Notes under the pieces: model-generated | What the model was told of the DNA's origin: nothing | Seen by the model: only the letters and a program-made list of their open reading frames with translations | Database searches by the model: none | NCBI GenBank assembly: GCA_964641375.1 | Contig: CAZXMN010000003.1 | Coordinates: 1 to 60,325, forward strand | DNA length: 60,325 nt | Source: an uncultured Candidatus Saccharibacteria bacterium | GTDB lineage: Bacteria; Patescibacteriota; CPR2; UBA1875; CAIMLA01 | Reading direction: 5' to 3' | Made by a program: the position numbers and the translations under genes | Shown: positions 48,081-57,522 of the stretch, one piece after another | How the letters are laid out: every line of letters starts with the position of its first letter | Numbering within the stretch: position 1 is the first letter of the stretch

Positions 48081-49995
48081 ATTTGCTAGCTAAATATTCT
48101 TTGAAGAGATTGTGTTTGATAAGCAGATCAACCGCATCTTGGATCTGATTACGTTTGTTAAGTATTGGGTTGCAGGTTGATAAATCCACAACCGCTGATT
48201 TTCCTTTTGTATATTTATAACAAGTCAAGTTAGCACCATTATTTAGGTATTTAAGGCTTCCGGAAATAATCTGTTCGAAGTCATTCTCGGACGTAGAAGT
48301 AAAGAAGAAGGTAGTAGCTTTTCCAAACAAATCTTTACCAAACATCGGTGAAGTTGGATGTGCTCCAACAAGATTAAGGATGGTTGGCATAATGTCTAAG
48401 TGTGAGGAAGGTGTTTGGTATTTTGCACCCACAGTTTGTTCAGGAAGTTTGATAAAAAGAGGAATTCTTTTCCCAGCTGTCGAATTTAGATCGACTCGAT
48501 TGCCGCTATCATCCGTAAAGGCATCATATTTTGCCGTGTGATCGCCGTAAAGTACAATTAGACTGTCGTCATACATACCAGTATCTTTAAGTTTTTGAAT
48601 AAAGTCACCCAGGGCACCATCAGTATAGTGAATTGCTTGTAAGTAATTCGCGGTGAGAGTCGTGTACTTGCCTGTCTGTAGATTCAGTCCTTTATCTTTG
48701 TCCGGGATTTCGAAAGAGAAGTGGCTAGAGAGCGTAATTAGGTAGTTGAAAGATAATAGCGGTTGGGACTGAATCTTGGCTATCGATTGGTCGAGAAAAT
48801 CCTTGTCAGAAAGTCCCATGTTTATTGTTTCACCTTTTTTGTAATTATCTTCGGCAAAAAAATTATCGAATCCCAAAGAACGGAAAACTGTGTCACGATT
48901 CCAGTATCCACGGCTATTTGCATGATAAGCGTCTGTTGCATATCCGATTGTTTTTAACTCTTTTTCTAAGCTAGTAAAACTATCTTTGCCGTATTCTACA
49001 AAAGCTGAAGCATCCACGAGGGGAGGGATTGAGGTATTCACACTGAAATCGGCATCAGATGTACCACCGGCTCCAAGCGTAAAGTAGTCGTCAGCAAAAT
49101 AATTGCTACTACTCATCAGTTTATTAAGGTTCGGTGTCACTTCCTGACCGTTAACCTTTTCACCAATGACAAAGTTATCGAGTGATTCCACTTGAATCAT
49201 AATAATTCGTTTCCCCTTTGCAACACCGGTCAGAGAATTGGGTGTAAGTGTGGTGGTATTTGCTCGAATTGTGGAGAAAGCAGCACTTTTCTCTGCTGGA
49301 GTTAATTTATCAAAGGCAACGGCAAAGTTACGCGAAATATCCATTATGTGAGCACCAATCACACCAATGTCTCTAGCGACAACCTTATTTTCGGAAATCT
49401 GAGTGTAGAGGTAAGGTAATTTTCCCTGTGAATCATAGATAAGTAAAGTGGCTATCAATATTAACGGAAGTAGTGCAAAAATAAAGGCCAGTCTTAGATG
49501 GTCATTTATACTTTGGTATTTGAAGAATTCCTTGAATTTTTTGAACTGATAAAGAATTATGATGATAATAAAATCAGCAATTAAGAAAAAGTCGGTCGGG
49601 GCAACCAGTAATGAAATCCATTTTCCTTCGTTACTGGTTAGTACTCCTGCGGAATTGATTATACTAACGACCGGGAGGGTGTCGAAAAACCTGAGGTAGA
49701 CAGTGTCGAAGGCTAGGATGAATGTAATAAGAATATCTATGATAAGCAAATAACGAAATTTATGTTTCTTTATGAAAAATGCTGGTATGAGAAAGATGGA
49801 GATTGTAGAGATATTGTAAAGTAGAAAGGAAAGGAGCTGACTGGTCCAGGGCCAAAGATCGTTCGTGGCGCTGAAGAAAAGCATTTTTACGAGTAAAATA
49901 GTTGCAAAAATGAAAACTAGAGCATTCGCTCTTAGGAAATCTTTCAGTATTTTGGCAAAATTGGAAAGCTTATCGATGATTGTCTTTCTTTGCAT
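48079..49995 (-). CDS. LTA synthase (LtaS) family sulfatase-fold membrane protein
   Basis: About 5 TMs; IQVES, GGTSDADF (catalytic Thr), FHxN-type AYHAN...WNR, ITLSSH, YTDGALG, LYGDH, DIMPTIL. Confidence 0.9.
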   Translation of the reverse strand: MQRKTIIDKLSNFAKILKDFLRANALVFIFATILLVKMLFFSATNDLWPWTSQLLSFLLYNISTISIFLIPAFFIKKHKFRYLLIIDILITFILAFDTVYLRFFDTLPVVSIINSAGVLTSNEGKWISLLVAPTDFFLIADFIIIIILYQFKKFKEFFKYQSINDHLRLAFIFALLPLILIATLLIYDSQGKLPYLYTQISENKVVARDIGVIGAHIMDISRNFAVAFDKLTPAEKSAAFSTIRANTTTLTPNSLTGVAKGKRIIMIQVESLDNFVIGEKVNGQEVTPNLNKLMSSSNYFADDYFTLGAGGTSDADFSVNTSIPPLVDASAFVEYGKDSFTSLEKELKTIGYATDAYHANSRGYWNRDTVFRSLGFDNFFAEDNYKKGETINMGLSDKDFLDQSIAKIQSQPLLSFNYLITLSSHFSFEIPDKDKGLNLQTGKYTTLTANYLQAIHYTDGALGDFIQKLKDTGMYDDSLIVLYGDHTAKYDAFTDDSGNRVDLNSTAGKRIPLFIKLPEQTVGAKYQTPSSHLDIMPTILNLVGAHPTSPMFGKDLFGKATTFFFTSTSENDFEQIISGSLKYLNNGANLTCYKYTKGKSAVVDLSTCNPILNKRNQIQDAVDLLIKHNLFKEYLASK

Positions 49996-50022
49996 TATTT
50001 AATAATACCAAATTTGTGGCAT

Positions 50023-50436
50023 TTACCGAATTGTAATATTTCTTGCAGTTACGCTTCCGTCCGAATTTGTTGTTCCCATTACCGTGACTGTTTGACCGGC
50101 AGCGAGATCGCTTGCGGCCATTGTCTGGCTTTTTGTAATGGTGGTGCTATCGCCAAGTGTAATCGTTTTGGTGCTGCCATCGGTGGCTGTAACGGTTATG
50201 GTGCTACCAGAGATTGAAGCTATAGTCCCACTAGTACCGCCGCCACGGAAACTTGAACCAGAACCGGGCGTGAAACCTTGGCCACCCCCACGATTAAACC
50301 CAGTAGTTGAACTGTCAGAAACTTGTGTACTTCCAGGTTTTTGATTTTTTTGATAAATAGTCCCTGCAAAAAAAGCGCCAGCGGCAACTATCAGCACTAG
50401 GCATGCGACTGCAATGTTTTTATTCTTGTTTCCCAT
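50023..50436 (-). CDS. Membrane-anchored Gly-rich protein with DUF5666-like small beta domain
   Basis: TM, GGGQG linker, GTIASISGSTITV...DLAAGQTVTVMG...DGSVTARNI; start moved to 50436. Confidence 0.8.
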   Translation of the reverse strand: MGNKNKNIAVACLVLIVAAGAFFAGTIYQKNQKPGSTQVSDSSTTGFNRGGGQGFTPGSGSSFRGGGTSGTIASISGSTITVTATDGSTKTITLGDSTTITKSQTMAASDLAAGQTVTVMGTTNSDGSVTARNITIR

Positions 50437-50554
50437 TTTTCTCCTTTGTTGTGTAATAGTGTAATTTTGAAAACTGAGAGTCAGCTGATAAAACTTGGGA
50501 AAATTAGTGTCACGCCTCAGTTGTTTCTCAGAATAAGAAATTAACATACTCTCT

Positions 50555-51283
50555 GTGAGACAAAAACGATTTCATCAAAAGAAGGTCAATATAGTGCCAT
50601 TTGCCATTGGAACAGTCATGGTCGTTGTTATAGGTATCTTCTGTATGTATGAATGGGCTCAAGCACAGGCTTTTTCAAAGCCAGATGGCACAAGTAGTAC
50701 TACTAGCACTTCAGAGTCAACAGCGAGCGTTGTGAGTACCGAGAAGACTGTTTGCTTGGACCCTGGGCATGGGACAGATGCTGATCCCGGTGATGTGAAT
50801 GGGGACGTAGTTGAGAGAGACATTAACCTGATAGTCGCCAATAAAACAAAAGCTCTTCTAGAAATTGCCGGTTATAAGGTTGTTATGACTCGTACAAGTA
50901 ATGACCAAACCCTTGATAATACTGCCAGGGCTGATTATTGTAATTCACAATCAGCCGATATCATGTTATCCATTCATCACAATGGTTTTGATGACAATAC
51001 GACTGATTATGCCACGGCTCTTTACTACAAGCCAGAGGATCAAGCTCTAGCGCAAGCTATTCTGGATGCTACTTCTTCAAAACTCGGGGTTCCGAATGAC
51101 GGACTATCAACTTTAGAAGACAATGCGCTGGTGAAGTCAAATATGCCAGCAGCTCTCTCGGAGGCATTCTTTGTTTCAAGTGATGACGAAAAAGCTCAAA
51201 TTGATCAAGATGGTTCGACTAGACTTGATGATGAAGCAGCGGCATTAGTTACAGGTATTGAGAACTATTTCGCAAACAAATAA
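50555..51283 (+). CDS. N-acetylmuramoyl-L-alanine amidase (Amidase_3)
   Basis: TM, CLDPGHG, ERDINL, RADYCN, LSIHHN, ALSEAFF. Confidence 0.9.
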   Translation: MRQKRFHQKKVNIVPFAIGTVMVVVIGIFCMYEWAQAQAFSKPDGTSSTTSTSESTASVVSTEKTVCLDPGHGTDADPGDVNGDVVERDINLIVANKTKALLEIAGYKVVMTRTSNDQTLDNTARADYCNSQSADIMLSIHHNGFDDNTTDYATALYYKPEDQALAQAILDATSSKLGVPNDGLSTLEDNALVKSNMPAALSEAFFVSSDDEKAQIDQDGSTRLDDEAAALVTGIENYFANK

Positions 51284-51322
51284 TTAGTTTTTCGGAATTT
51301 TGTCACAGTTTCCATGAAACTT

Positions 51323-51535
51323 CTACTTATCAGAACTTTGTTTGGACATCCAGTCCATAAATCTCTTACGATGCTTATCGATCGACCAATCCGAGGTCTT
51401 AAATTCATTAGGATGCTCGATCTTGTATCTTTGACAGCTAAGCTCATTCGCCTTGCTGGCCGGAACGTTAAAAAGCAAATTATATTCTCGAATAAAGATA
51501 TTCATTTTTTCTATATTAGTGTCTTCCATAGACAC
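51323..51535 (-). CDS. Small hypothetical protein
   Basis: 70 aa, downstream of the two-component operon; WSIDKHRKRFMDWM. Confidence 0.55.
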   Translation of the reverse strand: MSMEDTNIEKMNIFIREYNLLFNVPASKANELSCQRYKIEHPNEFKTSDWSIDKHRKRFMDWMSKQSSDK

Positions 51536-51572
51536 ATCATATCACGAAAGTGCTAATTCTCCGAATGGGAGA

Positions 51573-51947
51573 CTAACCTTCAAGAACTTTTTTGATTCTT
51601 TCAACCACCTCAGGCATTGTTGTCTCTGATTTCGTGATGAAATCGGCTGCACCGAATTGTTTGGCTTTCTCGATGGTCTCTTTGTCCGATAGTGCAGATA
51701 GAACAATAATCTTTATTGCAGACGCTTCAGGTGTCGCTTTGATGATGTCGAGGATATCCATTCCGAAAATCTTTGGCATCATCATGTCTAACAGGATAAG
51801 GTCAGGTTTCACTTTATTGATTCTGATGTTTTCTAGTGCTTTTTCTCCATCCGGTTCCGCAGTTACATCGAAGCCGAGCGCTGACAGTGTTGATTGATAG
51901 ACGTCCCTGACACGTGGATCGTCGTCGATAATCATTATTTTTGACAT
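51573..51947 (-). CDS. Stand-alone response regulator (receiver only)
   Basis: IIDDD, DLILLDMMMP, LSA, FITK; 124 aa. Confidence 0.93.
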   Translation of the reverse strand: MSKIMIIDDDPRVRDVYQSTLSALGFDVTAEPDGEKALENIRINKVKPDLILLDMMMPKIFGMDILDIIKATPEASAIKIIVLSALSDKETIEKAKQFGAADFITKSETTMPEVVERIKKVLEG

Positions 51948-51969
51948 TGCTGTTCTCCTTTACCCAGTA

Positions 51970-53658
51970 TTATATATTATTTATGAATTCATGGAGCTGG
52001 ACGTCTTGTTTTTTCTCATTCTTGCCAGACTTGCTGAGAGGAAGGCTGAACCAGAATGTACTACCAGAGCCCTTTGTACTCTTGACTCCAATTTTTCCGC
52101 CTAATCTAGTCAAATAAGTCTTGGCAATATAAAGTCCCAGACCCGTTCCGCCTGTTTTTCTAGTCTGCCAATCTTCTGTTCTATAAAATTTCTTGAAAAT
52201 GTGTCCCTGGTCAGGCTTTGAGATACCGATTCCGGTATCTATCACACTAGTGATAATTTCTTGTTTGTCGTGGAGCTCTGCCCGCAAGGTTAAGGAGCCT
52301 TTATCGGTAAACTTCAAGGCGTTTTCAGTTAAGTTAGTTAATACTTCTGTAATCTTCTGCTGGTCTGTCATGAGGAGAGGCAGATTGTCAGGAACTTCTA
52401 CTAAAATCTTAATTCCCTGTTTCTTGGCCTTATCCTTGAATTTCACTTGAGTATCGAGAATTATTTTTTTGATGTCAGTTTTTTCCAGATTTACAACGAG
52501 ATGACCTTCGTCGGATTTGACCACGGCAAGAATGTCATTACTTAGATGAATCAGATCTTCGGCAGCACTGTAAGTTTTTTCGATATATTCAGAGGTTTTC
52601 TTGTCGTATTTTAATGCCTTGTCCGACATCAGATAATATAAGTAACCTTCAATTACTGTGAGGGGAGTTCTCAGCTCATGGGAGGCAATAGCTAAGAACT
52701 CGGATCTCTGTTCCTCTAGTTCAGACTGTGCGGTAATGTCGCGGAAAAGAACAATGGCACCTACCGGTTTATTGTGATCATCTATAATCGGCCTAGATTC
52801 AGTATGCAATTTTACGGTTAGATCATTTCGGATAATCTTGAGATCATTCCGTATTTCAGGACTATTTTTCATGATCGAACTTTCTACAACTGAGGTTTTG
52901 CCTTCTTCTGAAACTGAGATAAAAACATCATCAATATTTTTTCCGACGTAGTGTTCAAGTCGTTTCTCCAAACCAAGAATTTCGGTAACGCACTTATTCA
53001 TCAGTGTAATGTTTCTGTCTTGGTCAACAGCAATGATGCCCTCGCTCAAATTGTCAATCATTAGGTAAATATCACGTTTTTGGGCCATCAGCTCCTTTGT
53101 TTTCTCTGATTCGAGGAGTTCTTTACGTTTGAGTCTGTGTGTATCGATGGCAAGTATTCCAAATAACACACCGAAAGTAGCAAGCTCAATACCTTGGATT
53201 ACAATATCCTGCAAGCTAGCAACTCTCCAGTTATCGTTAATGGCATAAACAGTCAGTAGAGACACTACCGACGCCAAAAAAGTTATTGAATAAGCCCATA
53301 GTTCTTTGGAAAAGGCCGATATGGCCAATATCACGATGAGAAATAGCAGCAGAAAACTGGACTGACTTCTAAGGTTAATGGCCATGACTAGTACGGAGGT
53401 AACAAATATGAGATCTGGTACTGGTGCAAGTACAACATTTTCAGAAAATGTTGGTATAAAATAGAAAATTGTCACTGCAACGATTGTAGTAATCGCAGTA
53501 GTAATAATTATTAATATTGAACTTGTGCTACTACCGAAAAAAGAAAGTCCTGTCGCAACCAAGGTTGACAAAATCGTGATGCCACCGATGGTTCCCAAAG
53601 ATTTCCTGGCACTTGATGCGCTATCAGCTGCTACGTAGTTATCTTCTACCTTCGCCAT
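51970..53658 (-). CDS. Membrane PAS sensor histidine kinase
   Basis: N-terminal TMs, PAS (EGIIAVD), ASHELRTPL, NLTENALKF, DTGIG, GGTGLGL. Confidence 0.95.
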   Translation of the reverse strand: MAKVEDNYVAADSASSARKSLGTIGGITILSTLVATGLSFFGSSTSSILIIITTAITTIVAVTIFYFIPTFSENVVLAPVPDLIFVTSVLVMAINLRSQSSFLLLFLIVILAISAFSKELWAYSITFLASVVSLLTVYAINDNWRVASLQDIVIQGIELATFGVLFGILAIDTHRLKRKELLESEKTKELMAQKRDIYLMIDNLSEGIIAVDQDRNITLMNKCVTEILGLEKRLEHYVGKNIDDVFISVSEEGKTSVVESSIMKNSPEIRNDLKIIRNDLTVKLHTESRPIIDDHNKPVGAIVLFRDITAQSELEEQRSEFLAIASHELRTPLTVIEGYLYYLMSDKALKYDKKTSEYIEKTYSAAEDLIHLSNDILAVVKSDEGHLVVNLEKTDIKKIILDTQVKFKDKAKKQGIKILVEVPDNLPLLMTDQQKITEVLTNLTENALKFTDKGSLTLRAELHDKQEIITSVIDTGIGISKPDQGHIFKKFYRTEDWQTRKTGGTGLGLYIAKTYLTRLGGKIGVKSTKGSGSTFWFSLPLSKSGKNEKKQDVQLHEFINNI

Positions 53659-53660
53659 TC

Positions 53661-54023
53661 TTATTTCTGTATAACCTTACGTACTTCTGAAATAATTTCT
53701 CCGATAGACTTGTTTTTGTCTAGATACTCACAAGCCCCATAAACGGCAGCCTTCTTCTCTGCGGCACCATCTCTCAAATCTGTGAGAATAATGACGGGCA
53801 TGTTTTTGGTAGTAATTTTCTTCAGATTCTCGATAAAATGCGATTCGTCTAGATCTGGTACTCGAACATCTAGTAAAACTAGATCCGGGACAGACTTTTG
53901 GATAGTTTCCAACCCTTGTTTTGCGGTGCTGGCAGCAATGCTTTCAAAACTTTGAAACCTGAGAGCCATTTGGTAGAGGTAACGCGTGTCTTCATCACCT
54001 TCGATAATCAGTACCTTACTCAT
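53661..54023 (-). CDS. Stand-alone, partly degenerate response regulator
   Basis: IIEGD, DLVLLD, LT, YLDK; the usual PxxDG reads PDLDE. Confidence 0.85.
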   Translation of the reverse strand: MSKVLIIEGDEDTRYLYQMALRFQSFESIAASTAKQGLETIQKSVPDLVLLDVRVPDLDESHFIENLKKITTKNMPVIILTDLRDGAAEKKAAVYGACEYLDKNKSIGEIISEVRKVIQK

Positions 54024-54100
54024 ATTCTTCTCCTTATTCTAGATAATTATAATCTTGCAGCTTGTCCAAAAGCAAGTTATAAATGAGGTAAGGATAAGTT

Positions 54101-54772
54101 ATGATTACACTTTTTGTTTATATTTTAGACGGACTAGTTACAGGGTTTTTCACCTACAAGTTATTAAGGTCCCTTTTGAAAAAGTATAACCCGTTTATGT
54201 TGTATTTTGTCTTTGTCGCCGGCTTTTCATGCCTCAATTTCATTGCTTATGCGATTCTAATAACATATTCCATAAAGACAAATCAACCGGTATTCTTGTT
54301 CTGGGCCGATTATTTTGGTAGGTTCTTTGCCTATATTGCATCAATTTTTGCAATCCAGATACTACTCTATAAGTTAGTTCCCAAAAGGCCCGAGAGAATT
54401 TGGGGATCGATAATCATTGGTGCTTTAAGTTTATACCTTGCCATTTATAATCTCTTTCACCCGAACTTTCCGTATATTGATAAACTACAAATTATTCATT
54501 GGCAGTCACCACTTTGGCTCGGGCTTGGTCTCGCGGTCATACTTCTCGGTATATGGCTGCCAACTTCTGTTATTTTCCTTTTGGAGTACGTAAAGAGTAA
54601 GTTCAAACTTACAAAATCACTCTATCTCGGTTCTGGTTTCTTGATCGGTTCCATTGGCGCATCTTTTCAGGATTTTGGCACAAATGTTCCTTCGTACATC
54701 TTGATTAATTTCTTGTTTCTTATAGGTTTTGTCCTCATATTCATTGGTATTTTACTCAAAGGTACCGAATAA
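54101..54772 (+). CDS. Stand-alone membrane protein with about 7 TMs
   Basis: Seven hydrophobic segments; divergent from the RR-HK-RR operon. Confidence 0.75.
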   Translation: MITLFVYILDGLVTGFFTYKLLRSLLKKYNPFMLYFVFVAGFSCLNFIAYAILITYSIKTNQPVFLFWADYFGRFFAYIASIFAIQILLYKLVPKRPERIWGSIIIGALSLYLAIYNLFHPNFPYIDKLQIIHWQSPLWLGLGLAVILLGIWLPTSVIFLLEYVKSKFKLTKSLYLGSGFLIGSIGASFQDFGTNVPSYILINFLFLIGFVLIFIGILLKGTE

Positions 54773-54831
54773 AAAATACGAAAAAGTTTTAATTGTTGTA
54801 TAATAGTATGACTATATAAAAAGGAGTTTTC

Positions 54832-55194
54832 ATGCCAAAAGAATCAGACGTCTCAGTAATCGAAGCATCCAAGGGGAAATTAAAAGCATTTTTTCAGAAT
54901 AGAAAGAATAAGACTAAGACTAAGAATGATGCCGAAAGAAAAGATCGCTCATTACTTTGGGGTAAAATCGGGTTCGGTCTTGGTTTGGCCAGTGCAGTAG
55001 CTTGGCTTTATCCTCTAGCGGGTCTAGTTGTGGCCATAACCGGCCTCGTTTTCAATATTCTCGGGCTCCAGGCTAAGAAAGGCCGCTGGTTCGCAGTTGC
55101 CGGCCTGACACTCTCAATTGTTTTCTTGATGCTAACATTTGTTTACGCTTTCTACGGCATCTTGATTTCCATGTTCACGTCATCTGGGATCTAA
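54832..55194 (+). CDS. DUF4190-like membrane protein
   Basis: GFGLGLAS...GLVFNILGL...GRWFAVAGLTLS. Confidence 0.7.
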   Translation: MPKESDVSVIEASKGKLKAFFQNRKNKTKTKNDAERKDRSLLWGKIGFGLGLASAVAWLYPLAGLVVAITGLVFNILGLQAKKGRWFAVAGLTLSIVFLMLTFVYAFYGILISMFTSSGI

Positions 55195-55215
55195 ACCTAA
55201 AAAGCAGGTGGTCTT

Positions 55216-55246
55216 AGCATGTCGCTGATAACGACATGCTTTTTTT
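55216..55246 (+). terminator. Intrinsic terminator
   Basis: agcatgtcg-ctgataa-cgacatgct-tttttt. Confidence 0.85.
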
Positions 55247-55341
55247 GTCTGACATAGCCATTGTATCTTCAAACAAACTTTCGCCTTTGGAAGCACCCTA
55301 TATGATAAAATATATAGACCGCAAAAACTGAAATAGAAATT

Positions 55342-55746
55342 TTGGAGAACAAAATGACAAATCAAGAATTGGTTGAGATTGCAAAATCCGTCTCGTCCGA
55401 AAGTTTACCGACTCCTGCCGCAAAAATTGGTGGGGTTGGTTCGGCTCTGGTTTCTGAAAGTGGTCGAATCTACAAAGGAAAGAGTATCGATTGTTCCTGC
55501 GGCATTGGTTTTTGTGCTGAACATTCAGCCATTGCTGCTATGGTCACAGCGAATGAGAATAGAATCATGAAAATAGTTGCTGTTAACGAGGAAAGAGGCA
55601 TAGTACCACCTTGTGGCAGATGTCGTGAGTTAATAGCACAAATAAATTTTGCAAATTTAGCAACGCAGGTCATTCTGGAAAACGAGGTGGTTGAACTGCG
55701 AGAACTTCTGCCTCATTTTTGGCTGGAGAGGCATCTCATCAGGTAG
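55342..55746 (+). CDS. Cytidine deaminase-like zinc deaminase (three-Cys type)
   Basis: VGSAL, CAEHSAI, PPCGRCRE; alternative start ATG 55354. Confidence 0.9.
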   Translation: MENKMTNQELVEIAKSVSSESLPTPAAKIGGVGSALVSESGRIYKGKSIDCSCGIGFCAEHSAIAAMVTANENRIMKIVAVNEERGIVPPCGRCRELIAQINFANLATQVILENEVVELRELLPHFWLERHLIR

Positions 55747-55843
55747 CTATTTTTTATTGGAAGTTATTCTAGGAGAATCTTTCTTTATATAAAGTGAAAG
55801 CCGCCTCCCAGCGGACAATCACTTATCAAACAAATGATATAAC

Positions 55844-55871
55844 AAAAAATACCTTATTGCAGGTATTTTTT
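55844..55871. terminator. Bidirectional terminator
   Basis: aaaaaatacct-tattgc-aggtatttttt between convergent genes. Confidence 0.75.
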
Positions 55872-56289
55872 AGACCTTTAATTCCATTTTTACTAGATCT
55901 GCTATCTTCTGGTGAACATTTTTGTACGCGTCCCAGACAGACTGACACCAGGTGAATATGGCAGCGTCTCTTTCTGGCCCCGGTTGAGCCAACAGTACAT
56001 CTCTAGCGCTTATGTCTCCACGATACTCGGGCAGAACTATTTTTGGCCAAGTTTTTCGCTTCATTGCAAGCTCCATGTGGGCTAGTTGAGTCTGTCTACC
56101 GGTATAACCTTTTTCTAGACATAGGTATAGCCCAACCAAAGCGAAGACTATCTTTATTGGCTTTGTATCTTCGTTGGCATTTTGAGCCGCATAGGCATCG
56201 ACAATGTTCTGGTGGATGAAGGAAGGGTTCGGGTGCGCTAGCGTGTAGTACGCCAGCTGATGATATGCTTGATCTTCTGATTCTTCCAT
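55870..56289 (-). CDS. DUF5946 family protein
   Basis: FIHQNIVDAYAAQ...FALVGLYL.LEKG...QLAH...WCQSVW; start moved to 56289 (MEESEDQ). Confidence 0.75.
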   Translation of the reverse strand: MEESEDQAYHQLAYYTLAHPNPSFIHQNIVDAYAAQNANEDTKPIKIVFALVGLYLCLEKGYTGRQTQLAHMELAMKRKTWPKIVLPEYRGDISARDVLLAQPGPERDAAIFTWCQSVWDAYKNVHQKIADLVKMELKV

Positions 56290-56524
56290 GACTCCCTTAC
56301 TTAGTTCGCCAGTTAATTTCGAAGGAAATGGAAAATTTGTTAGGAATCTTCCATTTGGAAAATCGAAGGAAGAAAAACTGGAATTTATTCTCAGCGATTT
56401 TTCCAAAGCCGAATCTATTTAACGTTAGTTCGATATCTATAACCATAATATTTCCAATCTGACTAGATTCTAGCACAAAGTAGGCATATCCCTAAGGGTA
56501 TATAATTATATATAGAACTAAAAT

Positions 56525-56923
56525 ATGGAGAAACAGATGGCAAAAGGCGAGACAGAAGCAAATGCATGTACGGAAATTGACAAATTGATTGCTCTTCATC
56601 CTGACTGGCGCGGTAAGATGCTTGCGAAGGTTCGCAAGATCATTCTGGAGGCTGATTCTGAGATTCTCGAGCAGTGGAAATGGATGGGTTCACCGGTATG
56701 GGAAAAGAGCGGGATTATTTGTGTCGGAAATATTTTCAAGAACAAGGTTCAAATTGTTTTTAGAGACGGTGCAGCGCTCGAAGACCCCGACAAAATCTTT
56801 AATGCTGGCTTTGGCGGTAAGCAATGGCGAACTATCGATATTTTCGAGGGCGACGAAATCAACGAAACAGCGCTCAAGAATCTAGTTCGTGAGGCAATTA
56901 TTTACAATCAAGCAAAAAAATAG
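56525..56923 (+). CDS. DUF1801 (YdhG-like) protein
   Basis: WRGKMLAKVRKII..AD..I.E.WKWMGSPVW...F..GA.L.DP..IFN...R.IDI. Confidence 0.85.
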   Translation: MEKQMAKGETEANACTEIDKLIALHPDWRGKMLAKVRKIILEADSEILEQWKWMGSPVWEKSGIICVGNIFKNKVQIVFRDGAALEDPDKIFNAGFGGKQWRTIDIFEGDEINETALKNLVREAIIYNQAKK

Positions 56924-56936
56924 GAAGAAGAATAAA

Positions 56937-57269
56937 ATGGCAGAATCTATTAAACTTTTAGTCTATCCGGTGAAGGATTACGAAAAAGCCAAGGTTTTTT
57001 ACACCAAGTTTCTCGGAATCGAGCCCTACGTGGATAGCGAATACTATGTGGGCTACAAAGCTGGTGACTTGGAGATTGGGTTAGATTCACAAGCACAAGT
57101 CGGCCCTATTGCATATGTTGATGTAGAAGATATCAAGGCAAGCATCCAAGAAATGCTCACAGCTGGTGCCGAGCTAGTGCAAGATGCACATGAAGTCGGC
57201 GGCGGCTTGCTAGTCGCTCAGGTCAAGGATGCTGACGGCAACGTTGTTGGGTTCAGACAACAGTCCTAG
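56937..57269 (+). CDS. VOC/glyoxalase family protein
   Basis: YPVKDYEKAKVFY...YVDVEDI...DVGGG-type HEVGGG...KDADGNVVG; start moved to 56937. Confidence 0.88.
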   Translation: MAESIKLLVYPVKDYEKAKVFYTKFLGIEPYVDSEYYVGYKAGDLEIGLDSQAQVGPIAYVDVEDIKASIQEMLTAGAELVQDAHEVGGGLLVAQVKDADGNVVGFRQQS

Positions 57270-57514
57270 AACTTATTTATATGTGTGATTATTTTCCCAA
57301 TTGTTTTCCATATCCGCATGGTAATTTCTTTGCCGTATTCTTTTTCTAGTTGCCTCATTATTTGTGGTGTCCTTTTAATCTCTGGGTTAATCACGCTGGA
57401 GATTACCGTCTGAACATTGCTAAATCCCAATTCTTCAAAGAATTGCGTAAGTTTATCTCCGTGCATGTTGGGATTTTCAGGACCAACGCCCCTGATAAAT
57501 GCGACGTATTTCAT
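57266..57514 (-). pseudogene. DUF1697 family gene with a probable large in-frame internal deletion
   Basis: N-terminus MKYVAFIRG...LGFSNVQTVISS joined directly to a C-terminus like ...LEKEYGKEITMRIWKTIGKI; only 82 aa, GNV motif absent. Confidence 0.65.
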
Positions 57515-57522
57515 AATTATGA

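Noticed and set aside
54101-54772. Microbial rhodopsin
   Set aside because: No retinal-binding Lys in the last helix and no helix-C carboxylate motif
56288-56422. 44-codon plus-strand frame MTPLLSSPVNFEGNGKFVRNLPFGKSKEEKLEFILSDFSKAESI
   Set aside because: Protein-like composition but no RBS or promoter, it overlaps the DUF5946 start, and no family is recognised; at most a gene remnant
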